Positions 28,548 to 38,834 of a stretch of DNA of 64,000 nucleotides are shown piece by piece. A program made the translations under genes and the position numbers. Origin of the DNA: Bacilli bacterium (lineage in GTDB: Bacteria > Bacillota_I > Bacilli_A > RFN20 > UBA1709); NCBI GenBank assembly GCA_045600465.1, contig JAZRXY010000012.1:6358-70357 (forward strand). Direction: 5' to 3'. Position 1 is the stretch's first letter. Each line of letters starts with the position of its first letter. Below the pieces are notes generated by a model. That model made no database searches. It was given only the letters and a program-made list of their open reading frames with translations, and was not told the origin of the DNA.

Positions 28548-29996
28548 ATGGAATATAAATTACCAAGAGGAACAATGGATTTTTTACCAGAAGATACAAT
28601 GAAACGAAGCCTTGTAACTTCGATGTTATCAAGTATCGCTGAGGATTTTGGCTACCATCAAATAGAAACTCCAATGTTTGAATCAACTGAGGTATTTACA
28701 AGGTCTGCTGGCGAAAGTAGCGATATTGTAAACAAAGAAATGTATACTTTTAAAGATCGTGGAGATCGCCTTATGACTCTTAGACCAGAAGGAACAGCTG
28801 GGACTATTAGAGCATTTGTAGAACATAAGCTATACGCTACTCAAGAATTACCTTATAAAGTTTTCTATCTAAGCCCAGCATTTAGATATGAAAGACCACA
28901 AACTGGTCGTTATAGACAACATACTCAATTTGGATTAGAAGCAATCGGTGCAGGCCTAGTTGAAAATGATGTAGAAGTCATTTTACAAGTATTCCACATG
29001 TTTAATAACTTAGGTTTAACTAACTTCTATTTTAAAATCAACACAATCGGTGATAATAAAGCTAGAAAAGAATATGTTGAATTATTAAAAGAATATTTCA
29101 AACCTCATCTAAATGAGCTATGTGAAGATTGTCATACTAGAATCGAAAAGAATCCATTAAGAATTCTTGACTGTAAAGTTGATTCTAACAAGGATTTTTT
29201 CAAAAAAGCTCCTAAAATTACTGATCATATTTCTAAAGACTCTCAAGAAAGATTCCAAAAACTATGTGATTATCTAGAGGAATATCAAGTTCCTTACGAA
29301 ATTGATACAGGTCTAGTTAGAGGCCTAGATTATTATAGTGAAACAGTATTTGAAGTCTATATCAAAGGCAAAGAAAATGAGGGTGCTATTGGTGCAGGTG
29401 GAAGATACAATGATCTAGTTAAAGATTTAGGTGGTCCAGACCTCCCATGTGTTGGCTTTGCTAGTGGACTAGAAAGACTAGTTAAAGTGCTTGATGATGA
29501 ACATATCTTTGATGAAATTGATGATGGCATTGTAAGTTATGTTATGCCACTAGAAGAAAAGGCATTTACTTACGCATTCAACGTTGCAATGCATTTAAGA
29601 TTTAATAATATTCCTACAGAAATGGATTATGCATGTAGATCTTTAAAATCGCAATTTAAAAGTGTAGATAAAAAAGGCGCTAAATTTGCAATTTTAGTAG
29701 GAACTAATGAAATGCTTTCAAGTAGTGTTACCATTAAAAATAACCTTACTAAGGAGCAAGAAACAATTCACATTTCTAAATTAGTTGAATACTTAATGGA
29801 AAGAATCATGCAAATGCAAGAAGAAGCAGAGGATGAGTGCGAATGTGGTTGTGGATGTCATCATGATGGAAATCACGAATGCCAATGCGGACATCATCAC
29901 GATGAAAACCACGAATGTTGTTGTGGCCACCATGATGATGATTGTGAATGTAACGATGAAGATTGTGACTGTGGATGTCACCATCATAAACACTAG
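28548..29996 (+). CDS. hisS: Histidyl-tRNA synthetase with an atypical roughly 58-aa Cys/His/Asp/Glu-rich C-terminal extension
   Basis: Class II aaRS motifs plus an anticodon-binding domain up to about aa 424. The tail then reads ECECGCGCHHDGNHECQCGHHHDENHECCCGHHDDDCECNDEDCDCGCHHHKH. RBS AAGGAGGGAATAAG. Confidence 0.9.
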   Translation: MEYKLPRGTMDFLPEDTMKRSLVTSMLSSIAEDFGYHQIETPMFESTEVFTRSAGESSDIVNKEMYTFKDRGDRLMTLRPEGTAGTIRAFVEHKLYATQELPYKVFYLSPAFRYERPQTGRYRQHTQFGLEAIGAGLVENDVEVILQVFHMFNNLGLTNFYFKINTIGDNKARKEYVELLKEYFKPHLNELCEDCHTRIEKNPLRILDCKVDSNKDFFKKAPKITDHISKDSQERFQKLCDYLEEYQVPYEIDTGLVRGLDYYSETVFEVYIKGKENEGAIGAGGRYNDLVKDLGGPDLPCVGFASGLERLVKVLDDEHIFDEIDDGIVSYVMPLEEKAFTYAFNVAMHLRFNNIPTEMDYACRSLKSQFKSVDKKGAKFAILVGTNEMLSSSVTIKNNLTKEQETIHISKLVEYLMERIMQMQEEAEDECECGCGCHHDGNHECQCGHHHDENHECCCGHHDDDCECNDEDCDCGCHHHKH

Positions 29997-30010
29997 GGAG
30001 ATGCAATTAT

Positions 30011-31762
30011 ATGTATAGAACAAAAAATAACGGTGAATTAAGATTAAGTGATGTAAATAAAGAAGTTGAACTTGTCGGATGGGTTTCTAAAAAAAGAAAC
30101 TTTGGTTCAATTGTTTTCATCGATTTAAGAGATAGATATGGTATTACTCAAGTAGTATGCGATGAATCCTTTAATGATATTACTTTTAAAATTAGAAATG
30201 AATATGTCATTCATGTATATGGTAAGGTAAGCGAAAGACAAGCTAAAAACAAAGATCTTCCAACTGGTGATATTGAAATTATGGCTAGCAAGATTGAAAT
30301 TGTTAATACAGCTAATCTAACGCCACTTATTATTGCTGATGAAACAGACGCATTAGAAGATACTAGAATGAAGTATAGATATCTTGATTTACGCCGTCCT
30401 GTTATGCAAAAAAATTTAATCATTCGTCATAAAATCACTAAAGCTATGCGCGAATACCTTGATGCAAGAGACTTTATTGAGATTGAAACTCCAGTATTAA
30501 CATGTTCTACTCCTGAAGGGGCAAGAGACTATTTAGTACCTTCTAGAGTTAATAAAGGTAAATTTTATGCACTTCCTCAATCTCCACAACTATTTAAGCA
30601 ATTATTAATGATTGGTGGTCTAGAAAGATACTATCAAATTGCTCGTTGCTTTAGAGATGAAGATTTAAGAAGTGATAGACAACCTGACTTTACTCAATTA
30701 GATATTGAGACATCTTTTCTAAATGAAAAAGAAATTATGGATATGCTTGAAGGATTATTTGAACATATCTTAAAAAGTGTAGTCAATTATGATTTAAAAC
30801 TACCACTAAGAAGAATTTCTTATAAAGATGCGATTGAAACATATGGTATTGATAAACCAGACACAAGATTTGGTTATCTACTACATGATATTTCTTCTTG
30901 CTTAAAAAATACAACTTCAACAATTCTACAATCTGCATTAAATGCTAATGGTAGAGTAGAAGCAATTCTAATTGAAGGTAAAGCAAGTGAAATCACTAGA
31001 AAGATTATCGATGAATTAACTGAAATCGCTAAGAAAAACCATGCTAAAGGATTAATGTGGGCTAGACTAGCTAATAACACTTTAGATGGGGCAATGGCTA
31101 AATTATTAAGCGATGAAGAAAAGGCATCTATCATTAAAGAACTTAATGCTAAAGATGGCGACTTCATCTTTGCAGTAGCTGATGCTAATGTTGAACACGC
31201 ATGTGTTTCACTTGGCGCTATTAGAAATGAATTAGGCAAGCGTTTCCAAAAAGACAAACTAGTTGGTTACGATATGCTTTGGATTGTTGACTTCCCATTA
31301 TTTGAATTTGATGAAGAGAATAACAAGTTTGAAGCAGCTCACCACGCTTTTACTAGACCTTTTGATGAAGATTTACCTTTATTAGACACAGATCCAATCA
31401 AAGTTAGATCTCACCACTTCGACTTAGTCTTAAATGGTTATGAACTAGGTAGTGGTAGCTTAAGAATCTTCGATCAAGAAGTTCAAAAGAAAGTATTTGA
31501 AATCATTGGCCTAAGCGATGAAGAAATTGAACATAAATTTGGTTTCTTTATCAATGCATTCCAATATGGAACACCTCCACATGGTGGAGTAGGATTTGGT
31601 CTTGATAGAATTGCTATGATTCTATGTGGCGCAAGCAATATTAGAGATGTTATCGCATTCCCTAAGAATGCTTCCGCAATCTGTCCAATGACAAATGCTC
31701 CTACTGCAGTTGATAATGCATTAACTGATGATTTAGGAATAGAAATTAAAAAACAAAACTAG
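30011..31762 (+). CDS. aspS: Aspartyl-tRNA synthetase
   Basis: OB-fold N domain. Class II motifs (FRDEDLRSDRQPDFTQLD; GGVGFGLDR). Length 583 aa. Forms the hisS-aspS operon. Confidence 0.93.
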   Translation: MYRTKNNGELRLSDVNKEVELVGWVSKKRNFGSIVFIDLRDRYGITQVVCDESFNDITFKIRNEYVIHVYGKVSERQAKNKDLPTGDIEIMASKIEIVNTANLTPLIIADETDALEDTRMKYRYLDLRRPVMQKNLIIRHKITKAMREYLDARDFIEIETPVLTCSTPEGARDYLVPSRVNKGKFYALPQSPQLFKQLLMIGGLERYYQIARCFRDEDLRSDRQPDFTQLDIETSFLNEKEIMDMLEGLFEHILKSVVNYDLKLPLRRISYKDAIETYGIDKPDTRFGYLLHDISSCLKNTTSTILQSALNANGRVEAILIEGKASEITRKIIDELTEIAKKNHAKGLMWARLANNTLDGAMAKLLSDEEKASIIKELNAKDGDFIFAVADANVEHACVSLGAIRNELGKRFQKDKLVGYDMLWIVDFPLFEFDEENNKFEAAHHAFTRPFDEDLPLLDTDPIKVRSHHFDLVLNGYELGSGSLRIFDQEVQKKVFEIIGLSDEEIEHKFGFFINAFQYGTPPHGGVGFGLDRIAMILCGASNIRDVIAFPKNASAICPMTNAPTAVDNALTDDLGIEIKKQN

Positions 31763-31794
31763 TAGTAACATACTTTGTATGTTATAATAAAGGT

Positions 31795-31946
31795 GTCTAG
31801 AAGATATTGCGTTTCCGACATACATTTCTAGGATTACTTAGTTCTGTTGTGGTGTTGAAAACTGACATTATCAGTCAGGATCCTAAAGCAATAGACTGGT
31901 TTTCCACCTTAACTTACAGGGAATGACCCGACTTCTAGACCTTTTT
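31795..31946 (+). promoter_or_regulatory. Structured roughly 150-nt leader (or sRNA) upstream of tkt, closed by a 9-bp 5'/3' panhandle and a U-run
   Basis: Extended -10 TGtTATAAT (31780-31788) predicts a TSS near 31795. GTCTAGAAG (31795-31803) pairs perfectly with CTTCTAGAC (31932-31940), which is followed by TTTTT. Inner helices are GGTG..GAAAAC/GTTTTC..CACC and CTGAC/GTCAG. Confidence 0.4.
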
Positions 31947-31970
31947 AATGCAAAGAAAGGAATGATGATT

Positions 31971-33920
31971 ATGGATGAGACAAAAGAATTGTTAGCTATT
32001 AATACGATAAGAATGCTAGGAATGGACGCTATTAATAAAGCAAATAGTGGACACCCTGGAATGGTTTTAGGTAGTGCACCAACAATGTATACACTATTTA
32101 ATCATTTTATTAACGCAACACCTAAAAAATCTAATTGGATTAATAGAGATAGATTTGTACTAGCTAGTGGGCACGCTTCAATGTTACTTTATTCAACACT
32201 TCATTTATGTGATTATAAAGTGTCAATTGACGATATTAAAAACTTTAGACAACTAGGCTCACTAACTCCAGGTCATCCTGAATATAAACATACTGAAGGA
32301 ATAGACGCAACAAGTGGGCCATTAGGTCAAGGAATTGCTCATGCTGTTGGTATGGCAATGGCAGAAGCTCATCTAGCAGCTAAATATAACAAGGATGGAT
32401 ATAAGATTTTTGACCATTACACTTATGCTTTATGCGGTGATGGTGATATGCAAGAAGGAATTACTCAAGAAACTATTTCTCTTGCTGGACACTTAAAACT
32501 AAATAAATTAATTGTTTTATATGATGCTAACAATGTTACTCTTGATGGAGGCCTAGATTTAAGCTTTGATGAAGACGTTGAAAAACGCTTCAAGGCATGC
32601 AATTGGAATGTATTACGTGTAAATGATGCTAATTGTATAAAAGACACGCAAAAACAAATAAAAAAAGCTAAAAAGAGTGATAAGCCTACACTTATCATCA
32701 TTAAATCAATTATTGGCTATATGTCTAGTAAACAAAATACTTCTAAAGTTCATGGGAGCCCATTAGGGGAAGAGGATACAAATAACATTAAGAAACAAAT
32801 TAATTGGAATTACAAAGAATTTGAAGTTCCAAATAAAGTATACGAATTATATAAGAAAAACTTTGCTAGACGTGGTAAAAATGCCTACAACAAATGGAAA
32901 AGATTATATAAAGAATATAGCATTAAATATCCTAAACTATATGCAGAAATCGAAGCTTCATTTAATAATGAACTAGGTAGTATTAATTATCCTAACTATG
33001 AAATAGGTTATAAAGAAGCAACTAGATCTACTTCTGGCAAGGTAATTAATGAAATAGCTAAACAAATTCCTTGTTTAATGGGTGGTGCAGCAGATGTCTC
33101 GGGCAGTGTAATGACTAAGATTAACGATGTTAGCGTATTCGATGCAAATAACTATGCAGGACAAAATATTAACTATGGAATTAGGGAATTTGCGATGTCT
33201 TGTGCCCAAACAGGGATGCTCCTTCATGGAGGAATTCGTTCGTTTATTGGTAGTTTTTTAGTCTTTAGTGATTACTTTAAAGCCTCGATAAGAATGGCTT
33301 CTTTAATGAAAATTCCTGCAATATATGTATTAACTCACGATTCAATTGCTGTTGGAGAGGATGGACCAACTCATCAACCAATCGAGCAAGTATCTTCATT
33401 AAGACTTATTCCTAATCTCGTTACATTTAGGCCTGGAAATGCTAATGAAACATCACTTGCATGGCGTTATGCTATTGAATCTAAAAATAACCCAGTATGT
33501 TTAATCTTATCAAGGCAAGAAATAGTTAATGATACAAACCCTAGTTATGAAGACTTCATTAAAGGTGCTTATGTTGCTTCAAAGGAACAAAATAAAGCGG
33601 ATTTAACACTTCTAGCTAGTGGTAGCGAACTTCATTTAGCTCTTGATTTACAAAAAGAGTTATTAAAGAAAGGAAAAGATGTTAGAGTAGTATCACTTAC
33701 ATCCACTAACTTATTTGATAAGCAATCTCAAACATTCAAGAATAACATTTTAGGGAACAAACGCAGCAAAGTTGTTGCTATTGAAATGGGATCACCAGAT
33801 TTGCTATACAAATATGCAGATAAAGTAATTGGTATTTCTAGTTTTGGTAAGAGTGGTAAAGCTAAAGATGTTATTAATGATTTCGGGTTTAATGTAGAAA
33901 ATCTTGTTAACAAACTATAA
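31971..33920 (+). CDS. tkt: Transketolase
   Basis: TPP-binding motif GDGDMQEG. Transketolase Pyr and C-terminal domains. Start ATG is at 31971 or 31965, after AAAGGAA. The ORF-track start at 31923 lies inside the leader. Confidence 0.9.
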   Translation: MDETKELLAINTIRMLGMDAINKANSGHPGMVLGSAPTMYTLFNHFINATPKKSNWINRDRFVLASGHASMLLYSTLHLCDYKVSIDDIKNFRQLGSLTPGHPEYKHTEGIDATSGPLGQGIAHAVGMAMAEAHLAAKYNKDGYKIFDHYTYALCGDGDMQEGITQETISLAGHLKLNKLIVLYDANNVTLDGGLDLSFDEDVEKRFKACNWNVLRVNDANCIKDTQKQIKKAKKSDKPTLIIIKSIIGYMSSKQNTSKVHGSPLGEEDTNNIKKQINWNYKEFEVPNKVYELYKKNFARRGKNAYNKWKRLYKEYSIKYPKLYAEIEASFNNELGSINYPNYEIGYKEATRSTSGKVINEIAKQIPCLMGGAADVSGSVMTKINDVSVFDANNYAGQNINYGIREFAMSCAQTGMLLHGGIRSFIGSFLVFSDYFKASIRMASLMKIPAIYVLTHDSIAVGEDGPTHQPIEQVSSLRLIPNLVTFRPGNANETSLAWRYAIESKNNPVCLILSRQEIVNDTNPSYEDFIKGAYVASKEQNKADLTLLASGSELHLALDLQKELLKKGKDVRVVSLTSTNLFDKQSQTFKNNILGNKRSKVVAIEMGSPDLLYKYADKVIGISSFGKSGKAKDVINDFGFNVENLVNKL

Positions 33921-33986
33921 TTATTGAATAATAATTAAATTTAAGTTATTATATTATTGTGATTTTTAGTATCGGAGGTATAAATT

Positions 33987-34202
33987 ATGCAATGGATTAA
34001 TATTGCCTGGCTAGCAGGCGGACTAGTAATCGGATTTATCGTCGGATTCTTAGTATGTAGAAAGGTACAACAAAAAGCACTTGAAAAGAACCCACCAATT
34101 AATGAAAAAATGATTAGAGCTATGTTCTTATCAATGGGTAGAAAACCAAGTGAAGCTCAAATTAGACAAACAATGAATGCTGTTAAAGCACAAAACAAAT
34201 AA
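33987..34202 (+). CDS. yneF: UPF0154/YneF-family small membrane protein
   Basis: Single TM helix followed by KNPPINEKMIRAMFLSMGRKPSE, which matches the YneF family. Sits downstream of tkt as in B. subtilis. Confidence 0.7.
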   Translation: MQWINIAWLAGGLVIGFIVGFLVCRKVQQKALEKNPPINEKMIRAMFLSMGRKPSEAQIRQTMNAVKAQNK

Positions 34203-34211
34203 CAAACCATT

Positions 34212-34241
34212 AAAACTCCCTAATTTACGGGGAGTTTTTTT
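34212..34241 (+). terminator. Rho-independent terminator
   Basis: AAACTCCC-taatttac-GGGGAGTTT followed by TTTT. Confidence 0.65.
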
Positions 34242-34350
34242 AATGTTCAAATTGCAAACTTATTATCATAATAAAATGATAATAAAGTAGTGAAATATCT
34301 CGTTAATTGTAGTATAATTATTAAGATAAGTTATTGAGAGGTCGATATTA

Positions 34351-36279
34351 ATGGATAAAAAAGGATATAGCGAAAGTAGTATCGAAATACTTGAAGGTCT
34401 TGAAGCTGTTAGAAAAAGACCTGGTATGTATATTGGATCTACTGACTGGCGTGGCTTACATCATCTAGTTTGGGAATTAGTTGATAATGCTATTGATGAA
34501 GCATTGGCTGGTTATGGTAATAAAATCATCGTTACTATTGGAAAAGATAATTCTATCACGGTAGAAGATTTTGGCCGTGGTGTTCCAACAGGTAAACATA
34601 AAAGTGGCGTACCTACTCCTCAAGTTGTTTACACTGTTTTGCATGCAGGCGGAAAATTTAATTCTGTCTCATATCAAACTAGCGTTGGTTTGCATGGTGT
34701 CGGTGCTAGTGTAGTTACTGCTTTATCGACACTTTTAGAAGTTAGTATTTGCCGTGATGGTAAAAAGTTCTATCAAAAATATGAAAATGGTGGAACACTT
34801 ATTTCTAAAGGTGAATTCATTGGTGATAGCAAGGCAACAGGAACAAAAGTAAGATTCTTACCTAATCCTGAAGTTTTCTCTACAATTGAATTTAAAAAAT
34901 CATTAATTATCGAAAGATTACAAGAAAATGCTTTCTTATTAAAAGGCGTTGAGATGGTTTTAATCGATGAAAGAGATAACACCATTTCAAATTATGTTTA
35001 CCCTCAAGGACTTGTTTCATATGTTGAACATCTAAATAAAGATAAACAAGCGATAGGAAATCCAGCAAGTTTTACTGGTAACAACCTAGATATTGATGTT
35101 GAAGTTGTTTTCCAATATGTAAGTGATTCCTACGATGAAAATGTTTTATCATTTGCAAATAACATTAAAACTCTTGATGGTGGAAGCCATGAAACAGGCT
35201 TTAGAAGCGCATTTACAAGAAGTTTGAACGATTATGGAAGAAAATATAATTTAATCAAGGATAAAGACAAAATCGATGGTAGCGATTATCGTGAAGGATT
35301 AACCGCTATTGTTTCAGTTCATATTCCAGAAAAATTATTACAATTTGAAGGACAAACGAAAGGAAAACTAGGAACTCCTGAAGCTAGGAGTGCTGTTGAA
35401 ACAGTTTTATATGAAAAACTTTCTTACTATCTAGAGGAAAATAAAGATTTTGCAAATAACATCATTTCTAAATCTAAAAAAGCTAGCCAAGTAAGAGAGG
35501 CTGCTAGAAAAGCAAGAGAAGAAGCTAGATCTGGTAAAAAAGATAAAACAAGTTTATTACTATCTGGTAAGCTAACACCTGCTCAATCTAAAAAAAGAGC
35601 AGAGTGTGAATTATTCTTAGTTGAGGGTGATTCTGCTGGTGGTAGTGCTAAACAAGGTAGAGACAATTTATTCCAAGCTATTCTTCCTTTAAGAGGAAAA
35701 GTTTTAAACTCTGAAAAGGCTGATTTATCAGAATTATTAAAGAACCTTGAAATATCAACAATTGTCCATACTATTGGTGCAGGAATCGATCAAGGGTTTG
35801 ACTTTCATGATTCTAACTATGGAAAAATCATTATTATGACCGATGCTGATACCGATGGCGCTCACATTCAAGTATTACTATTAACTTTCTTCTATCGTCA
35901 TATGAAACCTCTTGTGGAACAAGGAATGGTCTATGTAGCAATGCCTCCTTTATACAAAGTGTTTAAAGGTTCAGGCAAGAATGAAAAGTCAATTTATTGT
36001 TGGAGTGATGAAGACTTAGAAAAAGCAAAGAAAACAATTGGTAATGGATATAGTGTCCAACGTTATAAAGGCCTTGGTGAAATGAATGCTAACCAACTAT
36101 GGGAAACAACAATGGATCCAAAGCAAAGAACACTTATCAAGATTACTGTTGAAGATGCTCAAATAGCAGATCATCGTATCTCTACTTTAATGGGACAAGA
36201 TCCAAAAGTAAGAAGAGATTGGATTGATGAAAATGTTAACTTCACTTTGGAAGATAACTTTAAAAAGGAGAGTGAGTAG
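34351..36279 (+). CDS. parE: Type II topoisomerase B subunit, most likely topoisomerase IV ParE (GyrB not excluded)
   Basis: GHKL ATPase motifs, TOPRIM motif EGDSAGGS, and PLRGK. Length 642 aa. Not adjacent to dnaA/dnaN. Paired with a ParC-like A subunit. Confidence 0.7.
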   Translation: MDKKGYSESSIEILEGLEAVRKRPGMYIGSTDWRGLHHLVWELVDNAIDEALAGYGNKIIVTIGKDNSITVEDFGRGVPTGKHKSGVPTPQVVYTVLHAGGKFNSVSYQTSVGLHGVGASVVTALSTLLEVSICRDGKKFYQKYENGGTLISKGEFIGDSKATGTKVRFLPNPEVFSTIEFKKSLIIERLQENAFLLKGVEMVLIDERDNTISNYVYPQGLVSYVEHLNKDKQAIGNPASFTGNNLDIDVEVVFQYVSDSYDENVLSFANNIKTLDGGSHETGFRSAFTRSLNDYGRKYNLIKDKDKIDGSDYREGLTAIVSVHIPEKLLQFEGQTKGKLGTPEARSAVETVLYEKLSYYLEENKDFANNIISKSKKASQVREAARKAREEARSGKKDKTSLLLSGKLTPAQSKKRAECELFLVEGDSAGGSAKQGRDNLFQAILPLRGKVLNSEKADLSELLKNLEISTIVHTIGAGIDQGFDFHDSNYGKIIIMTDADTDGAHIQVLLLTFFYRHMKPLVEQGMVYVAMPPLYKVFKGSGKNEKSIYCWSDEDLEKAKKTIGNGYSVQRYKGLGEMNANQLWETTMDPKQRTLIKITVEDAQIADHRISTLMGQDPKVRRDWIDENVNFTLEDNFKKESE

Positions 36280-36281
36280 TT

Positions 36282-38822
36282 ATGGAAGATAAAAATAATG
36301 TTCTTGCTCTTAATTTAGAGGAAATGATGGGTGATAGATTTGGTAAATACGCTAAATACATCATTCAAGATAGAGCTTTACCTGATGTAAGAGATGGTTT
36401 AAAGCCTGTTCAAAGAAGAATTCTTTATGCAATGTATACTAGTGGAAACACCGTAAACAATGCTTATCGTAAATCTGCTAAAACTGTTGGTAACGTTATT
36501 GGTAATTACCATCCACATGGTGATACTAGCGTTTATGATGCAATGGTTAGAATGTCTCAATGGTGGAAACAATCTGTTCCACTTATTGATATGCAAGGAA
36601 ATAATGGTAGCTTAGATGATGACCCTGCAGCAGCAATGCGTTACACTGAAGCTAGACTTGCAAAAATTAGTGAAGAACTATTAAAAGATATCAACAAAGA
36701 AACTGTCGAAATGGCACTAAACTTTGATGATACTGAAGAAGAACCTACAGTTTTGCCCGCAAAATTCCCAAATATCTTAATTAATGGGGCAAAAGGTATT
36801 GCAGCAGGTTATGCTACAAATATTCCACCTCATAACTTTAATGAGATCTTAGAAGGTACAATTTATCGTATTAAACATCCTAAATGTTCATTAGAAGATA
36901 TGATGGAAATTATTAAAGGACCTGATTTCCCAACTGGAGCAACTATTAGAGGAAAGCAAGGTATTATCGATGCCTTTAATAATGGTTCTGGAAGCATTCA
37001 AATCGTTTCTAAATATGAAATAACTAAATATAAAGGCACAACATCATTAGTCATTACTGAAATTCCATTTGAAGTTATCAAATCTGAAATGGTAGCAGAA
37101 ATTGATAAGATTAGAGTGAATAAAGAAGTTGATGGCATTATCGAAGTAAGAGATGAATCGGATAGACACGGTTTAAGAATTGTCGTTGATATGAAAAACG
37201 AGGCAAACCATGATTATATCGTCAATTACTTATTAAAGAAAACTCAACTATCAGTTAGATATTCTTATAACATGGTTACTATTTGTAATCGTAAACCTCT
37301 TCAATTAGGTTTACTAAGTATACTAGATTACTATATTGCACACCAAGTTGATGTTATCACACGTCGTTCTAAATTTGATCTAGAAAAATCTAAGGCTAGA
37401 GTTCATATTCTAGATGGTTTAATTACTGCTAAAAACAATATTGAAGAAGTTGTTAAAATCATTCAAAATAGCCACGATAAGGCAAGCTCTAAAGAAAACC
37501 TAATCAAACGCTTTAATTTTAGCGAAAAACAAGCAGAAGCTATTGTTATGCTTCATCTATATAGATTATCATCAACTGAAATTCTTACATTAGAAAATGA
37601 AAGAAAAGAATTAATTGAATTCATCAAAGAATTAGAATTAATCCTATCTGATCCTAATGAATTGAAGAAAGTTTTAATTGGAGAATTAAAAGAAATCAAC
37701 AAGAATTACGTAATTCCACGCAAATCACAAATCGTTGATGATGTCTTAGAAGTTAACCTTGAAAAAGCTCCAATCATCAAAGAAGATACCTATATTTCAA
37801 TTACTCGTGATGGATACTTTAAACGTTCATCAACTAAATCATATTTAGCTAATGAGAATGTTATTCCTGCATGTAAAGAAGGGGACATCATTTTATCTAT
37901 TAGCAAGGCTTCAACTACTGATGTTATTTTAGCCTTTACTAATAGTGGTAAGTTCCTATATATCCCAGTCTTTGATTTAACAGAAAACAAATGGAAAGAT
38001 GAAGGTAAACATATCTCATCAATTGTTTCCTTAAATGGTGAGGAAAAGATTATTTCAGCATTATTAGTTAGTGAATTTAAAGATGGAGTCTATGTTGATT
38101 TATGCAGTAAACAAGGTAGAATCAAACGTTGTGAGATTAAAGACTTTATCTTGAATAGATATTCTAAACCAGTCTCATGTATGCCAATTGATAACGATGA
38201 TGCTTTAATTGGAGCAGACTATTCAACTGGTGATGCTAACTTTGTCTTAGTAACAAATCATGGTCACATCATTAAGTACCATGAAAAAGAAGTAAGTGTC
38301 ATTGGCTATCGTGCAACTGGTGTTAAAGCCATGAATCTAGAAAAAGATGAGACAGTTCAAGCAATGATTGCAATTAATAAAGGCAACCACTTTAATGTTG
38401 CTGCCTTAAGTGATAAAGGTGCTTGCAAAATCTTTAACCCAAGCAGTTTAACACTAACTTCTCGTTTAGCTAAACCTACTGAATTATATAAGTTCTACAA
38501 GAGTGAACCTCAATATATTGTTTCATTATCATTATTTGATCCTGAAAAGAAATATTATGTCTTATCTTCATTGAATGGTGTAAGAGAGATTACTTTTGAT
38601 TCAACTAAAGCTACTCCTATTGGTAGTAGTTTAAAGAACACTATTGCAACTCAAAGAGGAGAAAAATATATCACAACTTCTGATATGTTAATAGTTAATA
38701 TTAATAACAAAACCCCAATTTATAGTATTAGCGAAGAAGAAGTTAAAAAAGAAGAAAAGATAGAAGAAACTAAAGAGGTTGAAAAACAACCTACAATCTT
38801 TGATTTAATTGATGATTTATAG
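36282..38822 (+). CDS. parC: Type II topoisomerase A subunit, most likely topoisomerase IV ParC
   Basis: Active-site region AAMRYTEARL. Length 846 aa. The C-terminal domain lacks a recognisable GyrA-box (QRRGGKG). Confidence 0.7.
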   Translation: MEDKNNVLALNLEEMMGDRFGKYAKYIIQDRALPDVRDGLKPVQRRILYAMYTSGNTVNNAYRKSAKTVGNVIGNYHPHGDTSVYDAMVRMSQWWKQSVPLIDMQGNNGSLDDDPAAAMRYTEARLAKISEELLKDINKETVEMALNFDDTEEEPTVLPAKFPNILINGAKGIAAGYATNIPPHNFNEILEGTIYRIKHPKCSLEDMMEIIKGPDFPTGATIRGKQGIIDAFNNGSGSIQIVSKYEITKYKGTTSLVITEIPFEVIKSEMVAEIDKIRVNKEVDGIIEVRDESDRHGLRIVVDMKNEANHDYIVNYLLKKTQLSVRYSYNMVTICNRKPLQLGLLSILDYYIAHQVDVITRRSKFDLEKSKARVHILDGLITAKNNIEEVVKIIQNSHDKASSKENLIKRFNFSEKQAEAIVMLHLYRLSSTEILTLENERKELIEFIKELELILSDPNELKKVLIGELKEINKNYVIPRKSQIVDDVLEVNLEKAPIIKEDTYISITRDGYFKRSSTKSYLANENVIPACKEGDIILSISKASTTDVILAFTNSGKFLYIPVFDLTENKWKDEGKHISSIVSLNGEEKIISALLVSEFKDGVYVDLCSKQGRIKRCEIKDFILNRYSKPVSCMPIDNDDALIGADYSTGDANFVLVTNHGHIIKYHEKEVSVIGYRATGVKAMNLEKDETVQAMIAINKGNHFNVAALSDKGACKIFNPSSLTLTSRLAKPTELYKFYKSEPQYIVSLSLFDPEKKYYVLSSLNGVREITFDSTKATPIGSSLKNTIATQRGEKYITTSDMLIVNINNKTPIYSISEEEVKKEEKIEETKEVEKQPTIFDLIDDL

Positions 38823-38834
38823 AGGTGAATAAGA

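Noticed and set aside
29793-30023. Three overlapping 60-76 aa ORFs (two on the minus strand, one on the plus strand) with His-rich or Thr/Val-rich products, overlapping the 3' end of hisS
   Set aside because: They are low-complexity read-through artefacts of the repetitive Cys/His codon tract (TGT/TGC/CAT/CAC repeats) of the HisS tail. None has an RBS. All lie entirely inside a well-supported gene.
31860-31900. Possible SRP (4.5S) RNA in the tkt leader because of the GTCAGG...GCA segment
   Set aside because: The conserved domain IV motif (GUCAGGUCCGGAAGGAAGCAGC with a GNRA tetraloop) is not reproduced. Here the sequence is GTCAGGATCCTAAAGCAATAGAC, with no GGAA loop and no pairing partner.
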